A stretch of 35,223 nt of DNA from Anaerolineae bacterium (GTDB lineage Bacteria; Chloroflexota; Anaerolineae; Aggregatilineales; Phototrophicaceae), in assembly GCA_034435735.1 (NCBI GenBank), contig DAOTWU010000437.1:1-35223 (forward strand), in the 5' to 3' direction. This document shows positions 17,276-26,186 of this stretch, piece by piece (the first letter of the stretch is position 1; each line of letters opens with the position of its first letter). Below the pieces are notes generated by a model. The model made no database searches. It saw nothing but the letters and a program-made list of their open reading frames with translations, and was not told the DNA's origin. The position numbers were made by a program, and so were the translations under genes.

Positions 17276-17770
17276 ATGTCTGTCGTTACCGTACTTAGGC
17301 AGGCCGATATTTTTGAGGATTTAACAAATACGCAATTGGAGCTTATCGCTTCAATTTGCTCTGAACGACATTATCAATCCGGCGATGTTATTTTTGAGGA
17401 AAACACACCCGGAGATGAAATGTATGTTATTGCCAATGGTGAAGTAGAAATTATCGTGAACCCATCACTTGTAGGGGCAGATGAGGATAATGATTCTCAC
17501 GCCATCGCGACATTACGGCGCGGACAAGTTTTTGGTGAAGTGTCGTTAGTTGACGAAGGCCTACGCTCTGCTGGCGCACGTTGTTCGCAACAAGATACCC
17601 ATCTGATTGTCATTCCGCGAGAAAAGCTGATGCTGCTTTGTGATACTTATCCGCAAATGGGGTATCGCTTAATGCGAAACTTGGCGGCAGACCTCGCGAT
17701 GAAAATCCGCCATACAGATTTGCAGGTGCGAGAGCAATTGATGTGGGCTAAACGTGGCAAAGAGGGTTAG
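17276..17770 (+). CDS. Stand-alone cyclic-nucleotide-binding (CAP-effector) domain protein
   Basis: 164 aa. Shows the phosphate-binding cassette FGEVSLVDEGLRSAGA, and no HTH or other output domain follows. RBS AGGAG lies 6 nt upstream. Confidence 0.8.
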   Translation: MSVVTVLRQADIFEDLTNTQLELIASICSERHYQSGDVIFEENTPGDEMYVIANGEVEIIVNPSLVGADEDNDSHAIATLRRGQVFGEVSLVDEGLRSAGARCSQQDTHLIVIPREKLMLLCDTYPQMGYRLMRNLAADLAMKIRHTDLQVREQLMWAKRGKEG

Positions 17771-17847
17771 TCAGTAGAGTCTTTAGGCAGAATAAAAATA
17801 GCTATAAATGGCCGGGCGTGTGCTCGGTCATTTTGCGAGGGAGTAAA

Positions 17848-18849
17848 ATGTTAGCCCAACAACTACTGCAATTACCTGCAACAGAAGGCATGTGGTTAAC
17901 ACTAAACAATATCCCCAAACCAGAGCCACAAGATGGTGAATTGCTCATTCGGGTATTAACTTGTGGCGTTTGCCATACCGATTTACACCTGGTACAAGGG
18001 GAATTGGTATCCCCCAAGCTACCTATCATTCCAGGTCATCAAATTGTGGGGGTTGTCGAGGCTATAGGTGCGAATGTACACCGCTTTCAAATAGGTGATC
18101 GCGTAGGGGTAGCATGGTTGCATGATAGCTGTGGAGAGTGCGCCTATTGCCGTAATGGACAAGAGAATTTATGTGAACAAGCACACTTTACAGGCTACAC
18201 CGCTCAAGGCGGTTTTGCCGAATATACAACTGTGCCACAGTCCTATGCTTATCCTATTCCCGCCCAATTTAGTGACGATGAAGCTGCTCCGTTACTCTGT
18301 GCTGGTGTGGTTGGTTATCGCTCTTTGCGATTAGCAGAATTAAAGCAAGGAGAACGATTAGGTATCTACGGGTTTGGCGCAAGTGGGCATATCTGCATAC
18401 AAGTTGCGCGTTATTGGGGATGCGAGGTCTATGTTTTCACCCGTAGCAAAGAACATCAAGCCCATGCGCTAGAGTTAGGGGCTGCGTGGGTAGGCCAAGC
18501 ACAGGATACTCCGCCACAGAAGCTTGACCGTGCTATTATTTTTGCGCCAGCGGGCTGGATAGTCCCGTTAGCATTAGGGCATCTGCGGCGAGGCGGCACA
18601 TTAGCAATCAATGCTATTCATATGAGCAACCTGCCAGAGATGCCCTATCATTTGTTATGGCATGAGCGAACTATACGCTCTGTTGCCAATGTTACCCGAG
18701 CAGATGCAGAGGCTTTTTTGCCCCTAGCAGCAGAAATTGGTATCCACAGCACTACCCAAATATTCCGGCTGGAAGAGGCCAATACGGCACTAAGTCAAAT
18801 TCAAAGTAGCGCACTCAATGGCTCTGCAGTATTGCGCATTAGCTCTTAG
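17848..18849 (+). CDS. Zinc-dependent alcohol dehydrogenase (MDR family)
   Basis: Catalytic zinc CGVCHTDLH and GHQIVG, structural zinc CGECAYCRNGQENLC, Rossmann GFGASGH. Start trimmed from 17818 to the ATG at 17848, which is preceded by GAGGGAG. Confidence 0.85.
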   Translation: MLAQQLLQLPATEGMWLTLNNIPKPEPQDGELLIRVLTCGVCHTDLHLVQGELVSPKLPIIPGHQIVGVVEAIGANVHRFQIGDRVGVAWLHDSCGECAYCRNGQENLCEQAHFTGYTAQGGFAEYTTVPQSYAYPIPAQFSDDEAAPLLCAGVVGYRSLRLAELKQGERLGIYGFGASGHICIQVARYWGCEVYVFTRSKEHQAHALELGAAWVGQAQDTPPQKLDRAIIFAPAGWIVPLALGHLRRGGTLAINAIHMSNLPEMPYHLLWHERTIRSVANVTRADAEAFLPLAAEIGIHSTTQIFRLEEANTALSQIQSSALNGSAVLRISS

Positions 18850-20074
18850 GAACAAGGCGCACGAATTTGCGTTTACCCACCTGCAACACTGCTGGCAACA
18901 TATCCGGCGATACGGTAGCCGCAGGGTCAGTTACAGGCGCTTCATTTAAGCGCACGCCAGATTGTTTCATCAAGCGTTTGCCTTCCCCACTGCTGGAGAC
19001 CATATTCAAGCGGCGCAAGACATCTAAAATGCGCTCCTCTTCAGCAATGGGTTCTTCAGGAATATCTTCTGGCAAACCGCCACTACGAAATACTTCGTTC
19101 CAGCGCTGCTGTGCGGCCTCAGCATCTTCTGGGCTATGGAAGATTGAGACAATTTCGTATGCCAAACGCATCTTCACTTCATTCGGATGTAGCGAACCAG
19201 ATGCTAGGCCATCTTCTAGGTCGCGTAATTGTTGCGGTGTCCAGCCCAAAATCAACTTGTGGTAGATGGGCATAGCCTTATCTGGAATACTCATCACCTT
19301 GCCATACATATCCCACGGCTCCGCCAATAGCGGGATATGGTTGCCTAGGCTCTTGCTCATCTTAATTTCGCCATCCGTACCGGGTAGGCTTTCCCCCATA
19401 ATGATGGCAATTTGCGGGCGCTGGCCAAGAGCCTGCTGGAGCTTCCGACCAGCAACAACGATATTAAAGAGCTGATCTTGTCCGCCTACTTGTACATCCG
19501 CTTCCTGAGCAACAGCATCATAGGCCTGCATTAAGGCATAGAAGAACTCATGCAAGTAGATGGGGCGCTCTTCTTTGATGCGCTTCGCAAAGTTATCACG
19601 AGTGAGAAACTGTTGCACTGTGAAATTGCTTGCTAGGCGAATAATATCAGCAAAATCTAGTGGGGCAAGCCACTCATCATTACGGCGCACTCGTGTCAAA
19701 TTCGGGTCTAGAATTTTGAAGGCCTGTTCAGCGTAAGTACGCGCATTTTCTTCAACCTGTTCACGGGTCAGTTGATCACGTGCCTTGTCTTTATCTGAAG
19801 GGTCACCAATCAAACTGGTAAATGTGCCGATGAGGAAAGTGACATCATGGCCAAATTCCTGAAATTGGCGCAACTTACGCATGGTGATGGTATGGCCTAA
19901 GTGTAAATCCGCAGTGCGTGGGTCATAACCACAGTAAACACGCAATGGACGCCCTTCGCGTTCTGCTTCAATCAAACGCTCACGCAGTTCGCGGCGCATA
20001 TTCTCTTTTGTTTCTGGGTCGCCGTATTCTGCGCCCGACATCAAAACTTCGACTTGCTCGTCAATTGAGACCAT
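18839..20074 (-). CDS. tyrS: Tyrosine--tRNA ligase
   Basis: HIGH motif (DLHLGH), KMSKS motif (IKMSKSLGN), TyrRS-type FLIGTFTSLIGDPSDKDKAR, and a C-terminal S4-like domain. The 3' end overlaps the convergent dehydrogenase gene by 11 nt. Confidence 0.92.
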   Translation of the reverse strand: MVSIDEQVEVLMSGAEYGDPETKENMRRELRERLIEAEREGRPLRVYCGYDPRTADLHLGHTITMRKLRQFQEFGHDVTFLIGTFTSLIGDPSDKDKARDQLTREQVEENARTYAEQAFKILDPNLTRVRRNDEWLAPLDFADIIRLASNFTVQQFLTRDNFAKRIKEERPIYLHEFFYALMQAYDAVAQEADVQVGGQDQLFNIVVAGRKLQQALGQRPQIAIIMGESLPGTDGEIKMSKSLGNHIPLLAEPWDMYGKVMSIPDKAMPIYHKLILGWTPQQLRDLEDGLASGSLHPNEVKMRLAYEIVSIFHSPEDAEAAQQRWNEVFRSGGLPEDIPEEPIAEEERILDVLRRLNMVSSSGEGKRLMKQSGVRLNEAPVTDPAATVSPDMLPAVLQVGKRKFVRLVPKS

Positions 20075-20117
20075 AAAGCATTTATCCTATTGCTCCATTC
20101 ACCGATGAAACGAGAAC

Positions 20118-20126
20118 AGTATACCA
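20118..20126 (-). promoter_or_regulatory. Candidate extended -10 promoter element for tyrS
   Basis: The minus strand reads TGgTATACT (20126->20118), about 45 nt upstream of the tyrS ATG. The -35 is weak. Confidence 0.4.
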
Positions 20127-20235
20127 TAAATTAAAAGAAATCTGTTATGTTGGGCATTACTAGTTTTTATAGATTTTTAAAGTTCTTTAAGGTTCTTAAA
20201 GCATCAAATATATCAAAGTGCAATCACGTGCGCCC

Positions 20236-20264
20236 TTGTTGCTCATTGCTATAAGCACTATAAT
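20236..20264 (+). promoter_or_regulatory. Candidate sigma-70 promoter for alaS
   Basis: TTGTTG (20236-20241), 17-nt spacer, TATAAT (20259-20264). It lies inside the spurious N-terminal extension of tracked ORF 20218. Confidence 0.45.
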
Positions 20265-20307
20265 CAGCGCGAGTACAGACAACCTTGAGAAACTTAGGGA
20301 AATAAGT

Positions 20308-23010
20308 ATGAAACCGATGAGCAGCGCCGAAGTGCGACAGGCGTTTTTAGATTTCTTTGCTGAACATAAGCATCGTATTATTCCTTCTTCTTCACTAGTT
20401 CCGGGCAACGACCCTACACTGCTATTTACCAATGCGGGAATGGTGCAATTCAAAGACGCCTTTCTCGGATTGGAAAAGCGCGATTATACCCGTGCTGCAA
20501 CAGCGCAAAAGTGCATGCGCGTCAGTGGGAAACACAATGACCTCGAAGAAGTTGGTCTTTCGCCACGTCATCACACATTCTTTGAAATGCTGGGCAACTT
20601 TAGTTTTGGTGGTGATTATTTCAAAGTCGATGCGATGCACTTCGCTTACCAGCTGCTCACAGATGTGTTTGGATTGCCAGCAGATCGCTTAGCATTCACT
20701 ATTTACGAAAAAGATGATGAGAGTTTCGACTTGTGGGTGAACGAAATTGGTATTGACCCACGCCGTATCGCTCGCTTGGGACCAGATAGCAACTTCTGGC
20801 AAATGGCGGAAACAGGTCCATGTGGCCCCAATACAGAAATCTTCTGGGATTTTAGGCCAGAAGAAGGCGTTGATACGATTATTCCCGCACTTCTAGAAGA
20901 TAGTGACCGCTTTGTCGAAATCTGGAATCTGGTATTTATGCAGTTCAACCGCACCCAACCAGATCCAGAGCATACCGGGCAATGGGATGAGCCGCTGCCC
21001 AAGCCAGGTGTTGATACAGGTATGGGGCTAGAGCGTATTACCAGTGTTTTGCAAGGTGTAGGCAGTAATTTTGAAACGGACTTATTCACCCCCATTATTG
21101 AAGCCACACAGAAATTAACGGGGCACAGCGACGCACAGCGAGATGCAAATCTCGTCCCCTATCGCGTCATTGCAGACCACATTCGCGCAGCAGTATTTCT
21201 CATTGCTGATGGTGTTTTACCTGGCCCAAAAGGACGCGATTCCGTAGCACGTTTAGTTATTCGACGGGCAGCGCGTTTTGGTCGGAAGATTGGGCTAGAT
21301 AAACCATTCCTCGCTCAAGTTGCTGATGCCGTCATTGACGTTATGGGGCATCACTACACCGAGTTGGTTGAGCGGCGCGAAGCGATTCAGCGAGCAATCA
21401 CGCGGGAAGAAGAGCTATTTGGGCAAACGATGGACCGCGGTATCGCTGAATTAGAAGCCATGCTGGATGAATTATCAGAAGGCGGCGTGTTAAGCGGCGA
21501 ACAGGCTTTTTATTTGAAAGCCACGCTTGGCCTGCCAATTCAGGTGACAAAAGATATTGCCGAAGAGCGGGGATATTCTGTTGATATGGCAGGCTTTGAA
21601 GAAGCAGAAGCCGAACATTCTCGGGTGAGCGGTGGTGGACAAGCATTAGGCCATCTGGAATCCGCCGATGCTTATGCCGAAGTTTTTGAAGCGTTAAAGC
21701 GTGAAGGCAAACTCAGTGATGAGGGTGTAGATTACCAGCCATATGGCCCAACAACACTGAATGCGGAAGTAGTTGCTATCTTACGCGAAGGGCAACAAGC
21801 AGAACGTGTCATCAGTGGGGATAAGGTAGAAATCATCCTTAACCGCACGCCTTTCTATGTAGAATCTGGCGGTCAAGTTAGCGATACAGGCTATATCCGC
21901 GGTAAAGGGTGGACAATCCAAGTTGAGGATATGAAAAAGCCTCTGGGTGGCTTGATTGTTCATATCGGCGAAGTGGTTGAAGGTACGCCCCTTGTAGGCG
22001 ATGAGGTTAGCGCAGAAGTAGACGAGGAACGACGGGCAGATATTACCCGTAATCATACAGGCACACATTTATTGCATGCAGCGCTCCGTAACCGGTTGGG
22101 GACACATGTTCAACAGCGTGGTTCATTAGTTGCGCCTGACCGCTTGCGCTTTGACTTTGCCCACGATGCTAAAGTAACCACTGAAGAACTTGATGCAATT
22201 GAGGAAGAAGTCAACCAGATTATCATTGCCAACTACCCCGTTAAAGCGGAGTACAAGTCGCTCAAAGAAGCGCAACAAGAAGGGGCAATGGCGCTCTTTG
22301 GTGAAAAATATGGCGAAATTGTTCGCACTATCAGCGTCGGAAAAAATGGGGAGCGCTACAGTTACGAACTTTGTGGCGGTGTACATGTTAGCGAAACAGG
22401 CGAAATTGGCCCCTTCGTTATTGTAAGCGAGGGTAGTGTTAGCGCAGGTATTCGCCGTGTAGAGGCACTAACAGGGCGCGCTGCGGTACATTATATGCAA
22501 GAGCAGTTCCATCGCTTACACGAAGCTGCTTCACAATTAGGCACTACACCTGACCATGTGCCTCAGCGCGTTGCGGTTCTACAAGATGAAATGGCGCAAA
22601 TGCGTAAGCATATTGGACGGTTACAACGAGACCTCGCCCGCTATCGCTTTGCTGAAATGGTGAATTCCATGGAAGATGTGGCAGGTGTAAAAGCACTCAT
22701 TGCTCAAATTGATGGTCTACCTGCCGAAACTTTGCGTGAAATGGCGGATTGGTTCCGCAATAAAGTTGATAGTGGTGTGATGGTTTTGGCTAGTGTGGTA
22801 GATAATTCGCCATTATTTATTGCGACAGTGACACAGGACTTGATAAAACAAGGGCTACATGCTGGCAACTTAGTGCGCGAAGTGGCGAAAGTAGTGAAAG
22901 GCGGCGGCGGTGGTCGTCCAGATATGGCGCAAGCAGGCGGTAAAGATGCCAGCAAAGTGCCTGAAGCACTAGAAAAAGCCCGCAAAGTCATCGCTGAGCA
23001 GCGAAAGTGA
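20308..23010 (+). CDS. alaS: Alanine--tRNA ligase
   Basis: Start trimmed to the ATG at 20308 (MKPMSSAEVRQAFLDFFAEHKH). Blocks LLFTNAGMVQFK, HHTFFEMLGNFS, WNLVFMQFN, editing-domain HTGTHLLH and CGGVHV, and C-terminal DHHA1 GGGGGRPDMAQAGG. Confidence 0.96.
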   Translation: MKPMSSAEVRQAFLDFFAEHKHRIIPSSSLVPGNDPTLLFTNAGMVQFKDAFLGLEKRDYTRAATAQKCMRVSGKHNDLEEVGLSPRHHTFFEMLGNFSFGGDYFKVDAMHFAYQLLTDVFGLPADRLAFTIYEKDDESFDLWVNEIGIDPRRIARLGPDSNFWQMAETGPCGPNTEIFWDFRPEEGVDTIIPALLEDSDRFVEIWNLVFMQFNRTQPDPEHTGQWDEPLPKPGVDTGMGLERITSVLQGVGSNFETDLFTPIIEATQKLTGHSDAQRDANLVPYRVIADHIRAAVFLIADGVLPGPKGRDSVARLVIRRAARFGRKIGLDKPFLAQVADAVIDVMGHHYTELVERREAIQRAITREEELFGQTMDRGIAELEAMLDELSEGGVLSGEQAFYLKATLGLPIQVTKDIAEERGYSVDMAGFEEAEAEHSRVSGGGQALGHLESADAYAEVFEALKREGKLSDEGVDYQPYGPTTLNAEVVAILREGQQAERVISGDKVEIILNRTPFYVESGGQVSDTGYIRGKGWTIQVEDMKKPLGGLIVHIGEVVEGTPLVGDEVSAEVDEERRADITRNHTGTHLLHAALRNRLGTHVQQRGSLVAPDRLRFDFAHDAKVTTEELDAIEEEVNQIIIANYPVKAEYKSLKEAQQEGAMALFGEKYGEIVRTISVGKNGERYSYELCGGVHVSETGEIGPFVIVSEGSVSAGIRRVEALTGRAAVHYMQEQFHRLHEAASQLGTTPDHVPQRVAVLQDEMAQMRKHIGRLQRDLARYRFAEMVNSMEDVAGVKALIAQIDGLPAETLREMADWFRNKVDSGVMVLASVVDNSPLFIATVTQDLIKQGLHAGNLVREVAKVVKGGGGGRPDMAQAGGKDASKVPEALEKARKVIAEQRK

Positions 23011-23028
23011 AGTTTCTAGCCCATTGCT

Positions 23029-24579
23029 ATGAATGACCAACCGGAATACATACAGCTAGAATCAGGCGAAACAATCACAACTTTGAAAGACCGCTTGTCC
23101 TTTATACGGGGCAAGCGGGTATTGCTTATTTGGCCGGAAGAAGGCACAGCACTTCAGCGCAAGCTTGATTTGGTGCTATTACAAAGAGAAGCGCGGCGGC
23201 GGGCTATTCGTATCGCGTTAGTGACCCATGACCCTGTGGTTATCCGCCATGCAGAAGAACTGAATATCAGCACCTTTGAAACCATTGGAGAAAGCGAGCG
23301 AAAACGCTGGAAGCGCGGGCGCACTAAAGTTTTTGCAACGCGCTGGCGTAAACCAGAAACTGAGGTTGAACCTGATGAACTGATGGAAGTGGCTAGTCGT
23401 GTCCGCGCACCCAGCCGCATTCCTTTTTCCCGCTGGGCAATTGTCCGCGTAACTGCCCTGTTTTTAGTTGTTATTGCTGTACTGGCAGTTATGGTGGTAG
23501 TTGTGCCTAGTGCCACCGTTGAGTTATCTCTTGCACAACAAGAGATTATAGTGACTGTCAACATTATTGCTGACCCCAACGCTACTACAGTGGATGTAGA
23601 AACGGGTGTTATTCCTGCTACAGTTGTGCGTATAGAGTTGGAAGGTTCTGGGGCTATTTCTACCACAGGCGAAGCCCAAGCGGAGCAAGTGGGGGCTACC
23701 GGTTCTGTTGTTTTCATTAACCAAACAGATGAAGCAGTAGAAATTCCTGCGGGTACAGTGGTTAGTACGAGTGCAGGCACACCAATACGCTTCCAAACAG
23801 TGGAAGATGTGACTGTACCAGCAGGGATAGGCGAACAAGTTGAAGTTGGTGTTGAAGCGCGTGGTACATTCACCGGCGATATTGGGAATGTGGAAGCAGG
23901 TATGATTAACACTGTGGTTGGGCCATTAGAAAATGCTGTCACTGTACGCAATGTTTCGGCAACGTTTGGTGGCGAAACCCGAATTTTGCCCGCTGTTAGT
24001 GAAGATGATTATCGCCGTTTACGTTCCGCGGTATTGCAGCAATTGCAAACTCAGGCATTCCTTGAAATGGAAGCGCGCGCAACCAGTGACACACAGTTTA
24101 TTGTGCCAGAGACGTTACGAGTTGATGAGGCTTCTCAGCGAAGTGATTGGGTGCAGTATAGCGCCCAAATTGGCGAGATTACTGACACGCTTTCACTGTC
24201 GATGCGTGTAGTTGTCGAAGCGCTCATGATTGATGAAGCATTTGCGCAGCAGGTTGCCCGTGCGCGTATGGATATCCCCCGTGGACGAGTAATTATTGAT
24301 TATCCCAGCTATACGCGAGGACCTGTGATATATGACCCGCAAACACAGCAAATCACATTCGATATTACGGGTAGTGCGACTGTGGCCGGGCAGGTAAATG
24401 TAGCAATGCTTCAACAACGGCTAGCGGGATTAAGTCTAGAAGATGCGTTAAACTATCTAGTCAATACAGTAGACCTTGCGGAAGGAACTTTACCCCAAAT
24501 TGTGATTACACCATCATGGTTTGGGCAAATGCCGCTGCTGCCAGTACGTATTCAGGTTGTTACGGATGACGGCACATGA
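23029..24579 (+). CDS. Single-pass membrane protein with a baseplate J/gp47-like domain (function unknown)
   Basis: 516 aa. A basic cytoplasmic N-domain of about 135 aa, one TM helix (VTALFLVVIAVLAVMVVVV), and a beta-rich ectodomain. The segment GDIGNVEAGMINTVVGPLENAVTVRNVSATFGGE...SEDDYRRLR resembles the G..GN...N.....GG..E..e.lR.R signature of baseplate J-like domains (recalled, not searched). Its stop overlaps the ruvX start (ATGA). Confidence 0.55.
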   Translation: MNDQPEYIQLESGETITTLKDRLSFIRGKRVLLIWPEEGTALQRKLDLVLLQREARRRAIRIALVTHDPVVIRHAEELNISTFETIGESERKRWKRGRTKVFATRWRKPETEVEPDELMEVASRVRAPSRIPFSRWAIVRVTALFLVVIAVLAVMVVVVPSATVELSLAQQEIIVTVNIIADPNATTVDVETGVIPATVVRIELEGSGAISTTGEAQAEQVGATGSVVFINQTDEAVEIPAGTVVSTSAGTPIRFQTVEDVTVPAGIGEQVEVGVEARGTFTGDIGNVEAGMINTVVGPLENAVTVRNVSATFGGETRILPAVSEDDYRRLRSAVLQQLQTQAFLEMEARATSDTQFIVPETLRVDEASQRSDWVQYSAQIGEITDTLSLSMRVVVEALMIDEAFAQQVARARMDIPRGRVIIDYPSYTRGPVIYDPQTQQITFDITGSATVAGQVNVAMLQQRLAGLSLEDALNYLVNTVDLAEGTLPQIVITPSWFGQMPLLPVRIQVVTDDGT

Positions 24580-25016
24580 TTGGGCGGTTATTAGGGATTG
24601 ACTACGGGCTGAAACGAATTGGGTTGGCAGTAAGTGATGCTAATGGCATTGTCGCACGGGAATTGATGATATTACATCGTCGCTCTAAGCGAGAAGATTT
24701 TGCTGAGATTGCTGCTATTGTTGAACGTGAGCAAATTGTGGCGTTTGTGGTGGGCTTGCCTGTTAGCTATGATGCGCCAGAAGGCGTATATACACAAGCC
24801 GACCGCGTTCGTAATTGGGTAAAAAAACTAGTTGAGGTTATTCCGCTTCCATTTGTGCTTTGGAATGAGTATTTGACTAGTGAGGAAGCCCGAGAATTAG
24901 CGAGAGAAATTGGGCGTAATCCCCGCGAGGCTATTGATGATTTAGCCGCACGGATAGTGCTTCAGACGTATCTTGATGCTTTACGTGACGGTCTGGCAAC
25001 GCCTCCTCAACGATAA
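24576..25016 (+). CDS. ruvX: RuvX/YqgF Holliday-junction-resolvase-like putative pre-16S rRNA nuclease
   Basis: 146 aa. N-terminal LLGIDYGLKRIGLAVSD, central FVVGLP, and C-terminal SEEA...DDLAA.IVLQ.YL pattern. Confidence 0.9.
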   Translation: MIGRLLGIDYGLKRIGLAVSDANGIVARELMILHRRSKREDFAEIAAIVEREQIVAFVVGLPVSYDAPEGVYTQADRVRNWVKKLVEVIPLPFVLWNEYLTSEEARELAREIGRNPREAIDDLAARIVLQTYLDALRDGLATPPQR

Positions 25017-25052
25017 ATCTATCACGTAAAAAATGCGGGTATACTATCAGTA

Positions 25053-26186
25053 TTGACTATAAGAATTTGTGGAGAATGTGATTTGGGGCGTGGTTTACGG
25101 ATATTTATTGGCCTTATCTTTGTCGGTGGATTTATCTTAGCTGTTGGCATTGGCTTTTTACTGATTTTATCCGATGGCGACATTGTTAATTTTATTCAGA
25201 CCTCGTTAATTCGTCTTAGTTTATCCTCGCGTCAAGATGAACTCATTACTCCTATAAGTACTGATGATTCACCAATACATTTCGTCATTGAAGTGGGTGA
25301 TACCCCTTATACAGTTGCGCAGAATTTGAAGCTAGCTGGACTCATTCGCGATGCAGAGTTATTTGTCGATTATGTGCGGGCGGAAGGTCTGGATGTTGAG
25401 CTGGAAGCAGGTACTTACTTCTTGAACCAAACACAATCTATTGTGGATATTGCACACGCATTAACCGATTCAACTAGCAGCATCATTATCTTCAGAATTC
25501 CTGAAGGTAGTCGTTTAGAAGAAATTGGGCAATTGATTGATGAAAATACGTTGTTGGGTTTCAATAGTATGGATTTTTTGAGCGTTGTTGGCCCTAATAC
25601 ACCGCAAGACCCAACCTTTACAGCAAAAGTTGGTTTACCTGCGAACGCCTCGTTAGAAGGGTTTATGTTTCCAGATACTTACCAACTCCCTGCCAATGTG
25701 ACGCCCGAAATGCTGCGCGATATTGTTTTAGAACGCTTTTTAGAAGCTGTTGGCGAACAAATATTTATTGATATAGCGCAAGACGGCTACACCATGTACC
25801 AGATTGTCACATTAGCCTCTATCATTGAGCGGGAAGCCGTTTATCCTGAAGAACATCCCGTTATTGGCAGTGTATACCGTAACCGCCTAGTAGCAGGCAT
25901 ACGGTTGCAAGCTGACCCAACTGTGCAATATGCGCTCAATGGTGTGCGGGGAAGCTGGTGGCCTAATATCACCCCATCAGATTATCAAAATGTAGAATCG
26001 CCATATAACACTTACCTATACTTTGGGCTGCCACCTGGCCCAATTGCTAATCCAAGTTTGTCAGCCATTCGCGGAGCAGCCTACCCCGCCGAAACCAATT
26101 ACTATTATTTCCGTGCATCATGCAGCCGCAGCGGTTATCATGACTTCGCTACAACATTCGAGGAACATCTGGCCAATGGGTGTTAA
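25053..26186 (+). CDS. mltG: Endolytic murein transglycosylase MltG (YceG family)
   Basis: N-terminal TM helix, a LysM-like segment, and YceG blocks LASIIEREA, VYRNRL, LQADPTVQYA, SPYNTYLYFGLPPGPIANP. The tracked start at 25053 is TTG. The TTG at 25083 behind GGAGA is an alternative. Confidence 0.88.
   Translation: MTIRICGECDLGRGLRIFIGLIFVGGFILAVGIGFLLILSDGDIVNFIQTSLIRLSLSSRQDELITPISTDDSPIHFVIEVGDTPYTVAQNLKLAGLIRDAELFVDYVRAEGLDVELEAGTYFLNQTQSIVDIAHALTDSTSSIIIFRIPEGSRLEEIGQLIDENTLLGFNSMDFLSVVGPNTPQDPTFTAKVGLPANASLEGFMFPDTYQLPANVTPEMLRDIVLERFLEAVGEQIFIDIAQDGYTMYQIVTLASIIEREAVYPEEHPVIGSVYRNRLVAGIRLQADPTVQYALNGVRGSWWPNITPSDYQNVESPYNTYLYFGLPPGPIANPSLSAIRGAAYPAETNYYYFRASCSRSGYHDFATTFEEHLANGC

Noticed and set aside
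17811-17838. Weak hairpin GGCCGGG/CTCGGTC followed by ATTTT between the cNMP-binding gene and adh
   Set aside because: The stem needs two G-U pairs, the U-tract is short, and it overlaps the adh RBS region. That is not enough to call a terminator or attenuator.
20180-20201. AT-rich near-direct repeat AAGTTCTTTAA / GGTTCTTAAAG in the tyrS-alaS divergent region
   Set aside because: It is short, imperfect and embedded in generally AT-rich promoter DNA. It could be an UP element or operator, but it cannot be distinguished from chance without comparative data.
20075-20307. Possible T-box leader upstream of tyrS or alaS
   Set aside because: No T-box consensus (AAnnnGGGTGGTACCGCG-like) or specifier-loop architecture was found on either strand. 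The candidate promoters leave leaders of only about 45 nt for each gene, far too short for a T-box.
23154-23951. 265-aa ORF antisense to the 516-aa membrane-protein gene
   Set aside because: It lies entirely inside a well-supported sense gene and has no RBS. Its Ser/Thr/Arg/Pro-rich low-complexity translation is typical of the antisense frame of an Ala/Val/Thr/Glu-rich gene.
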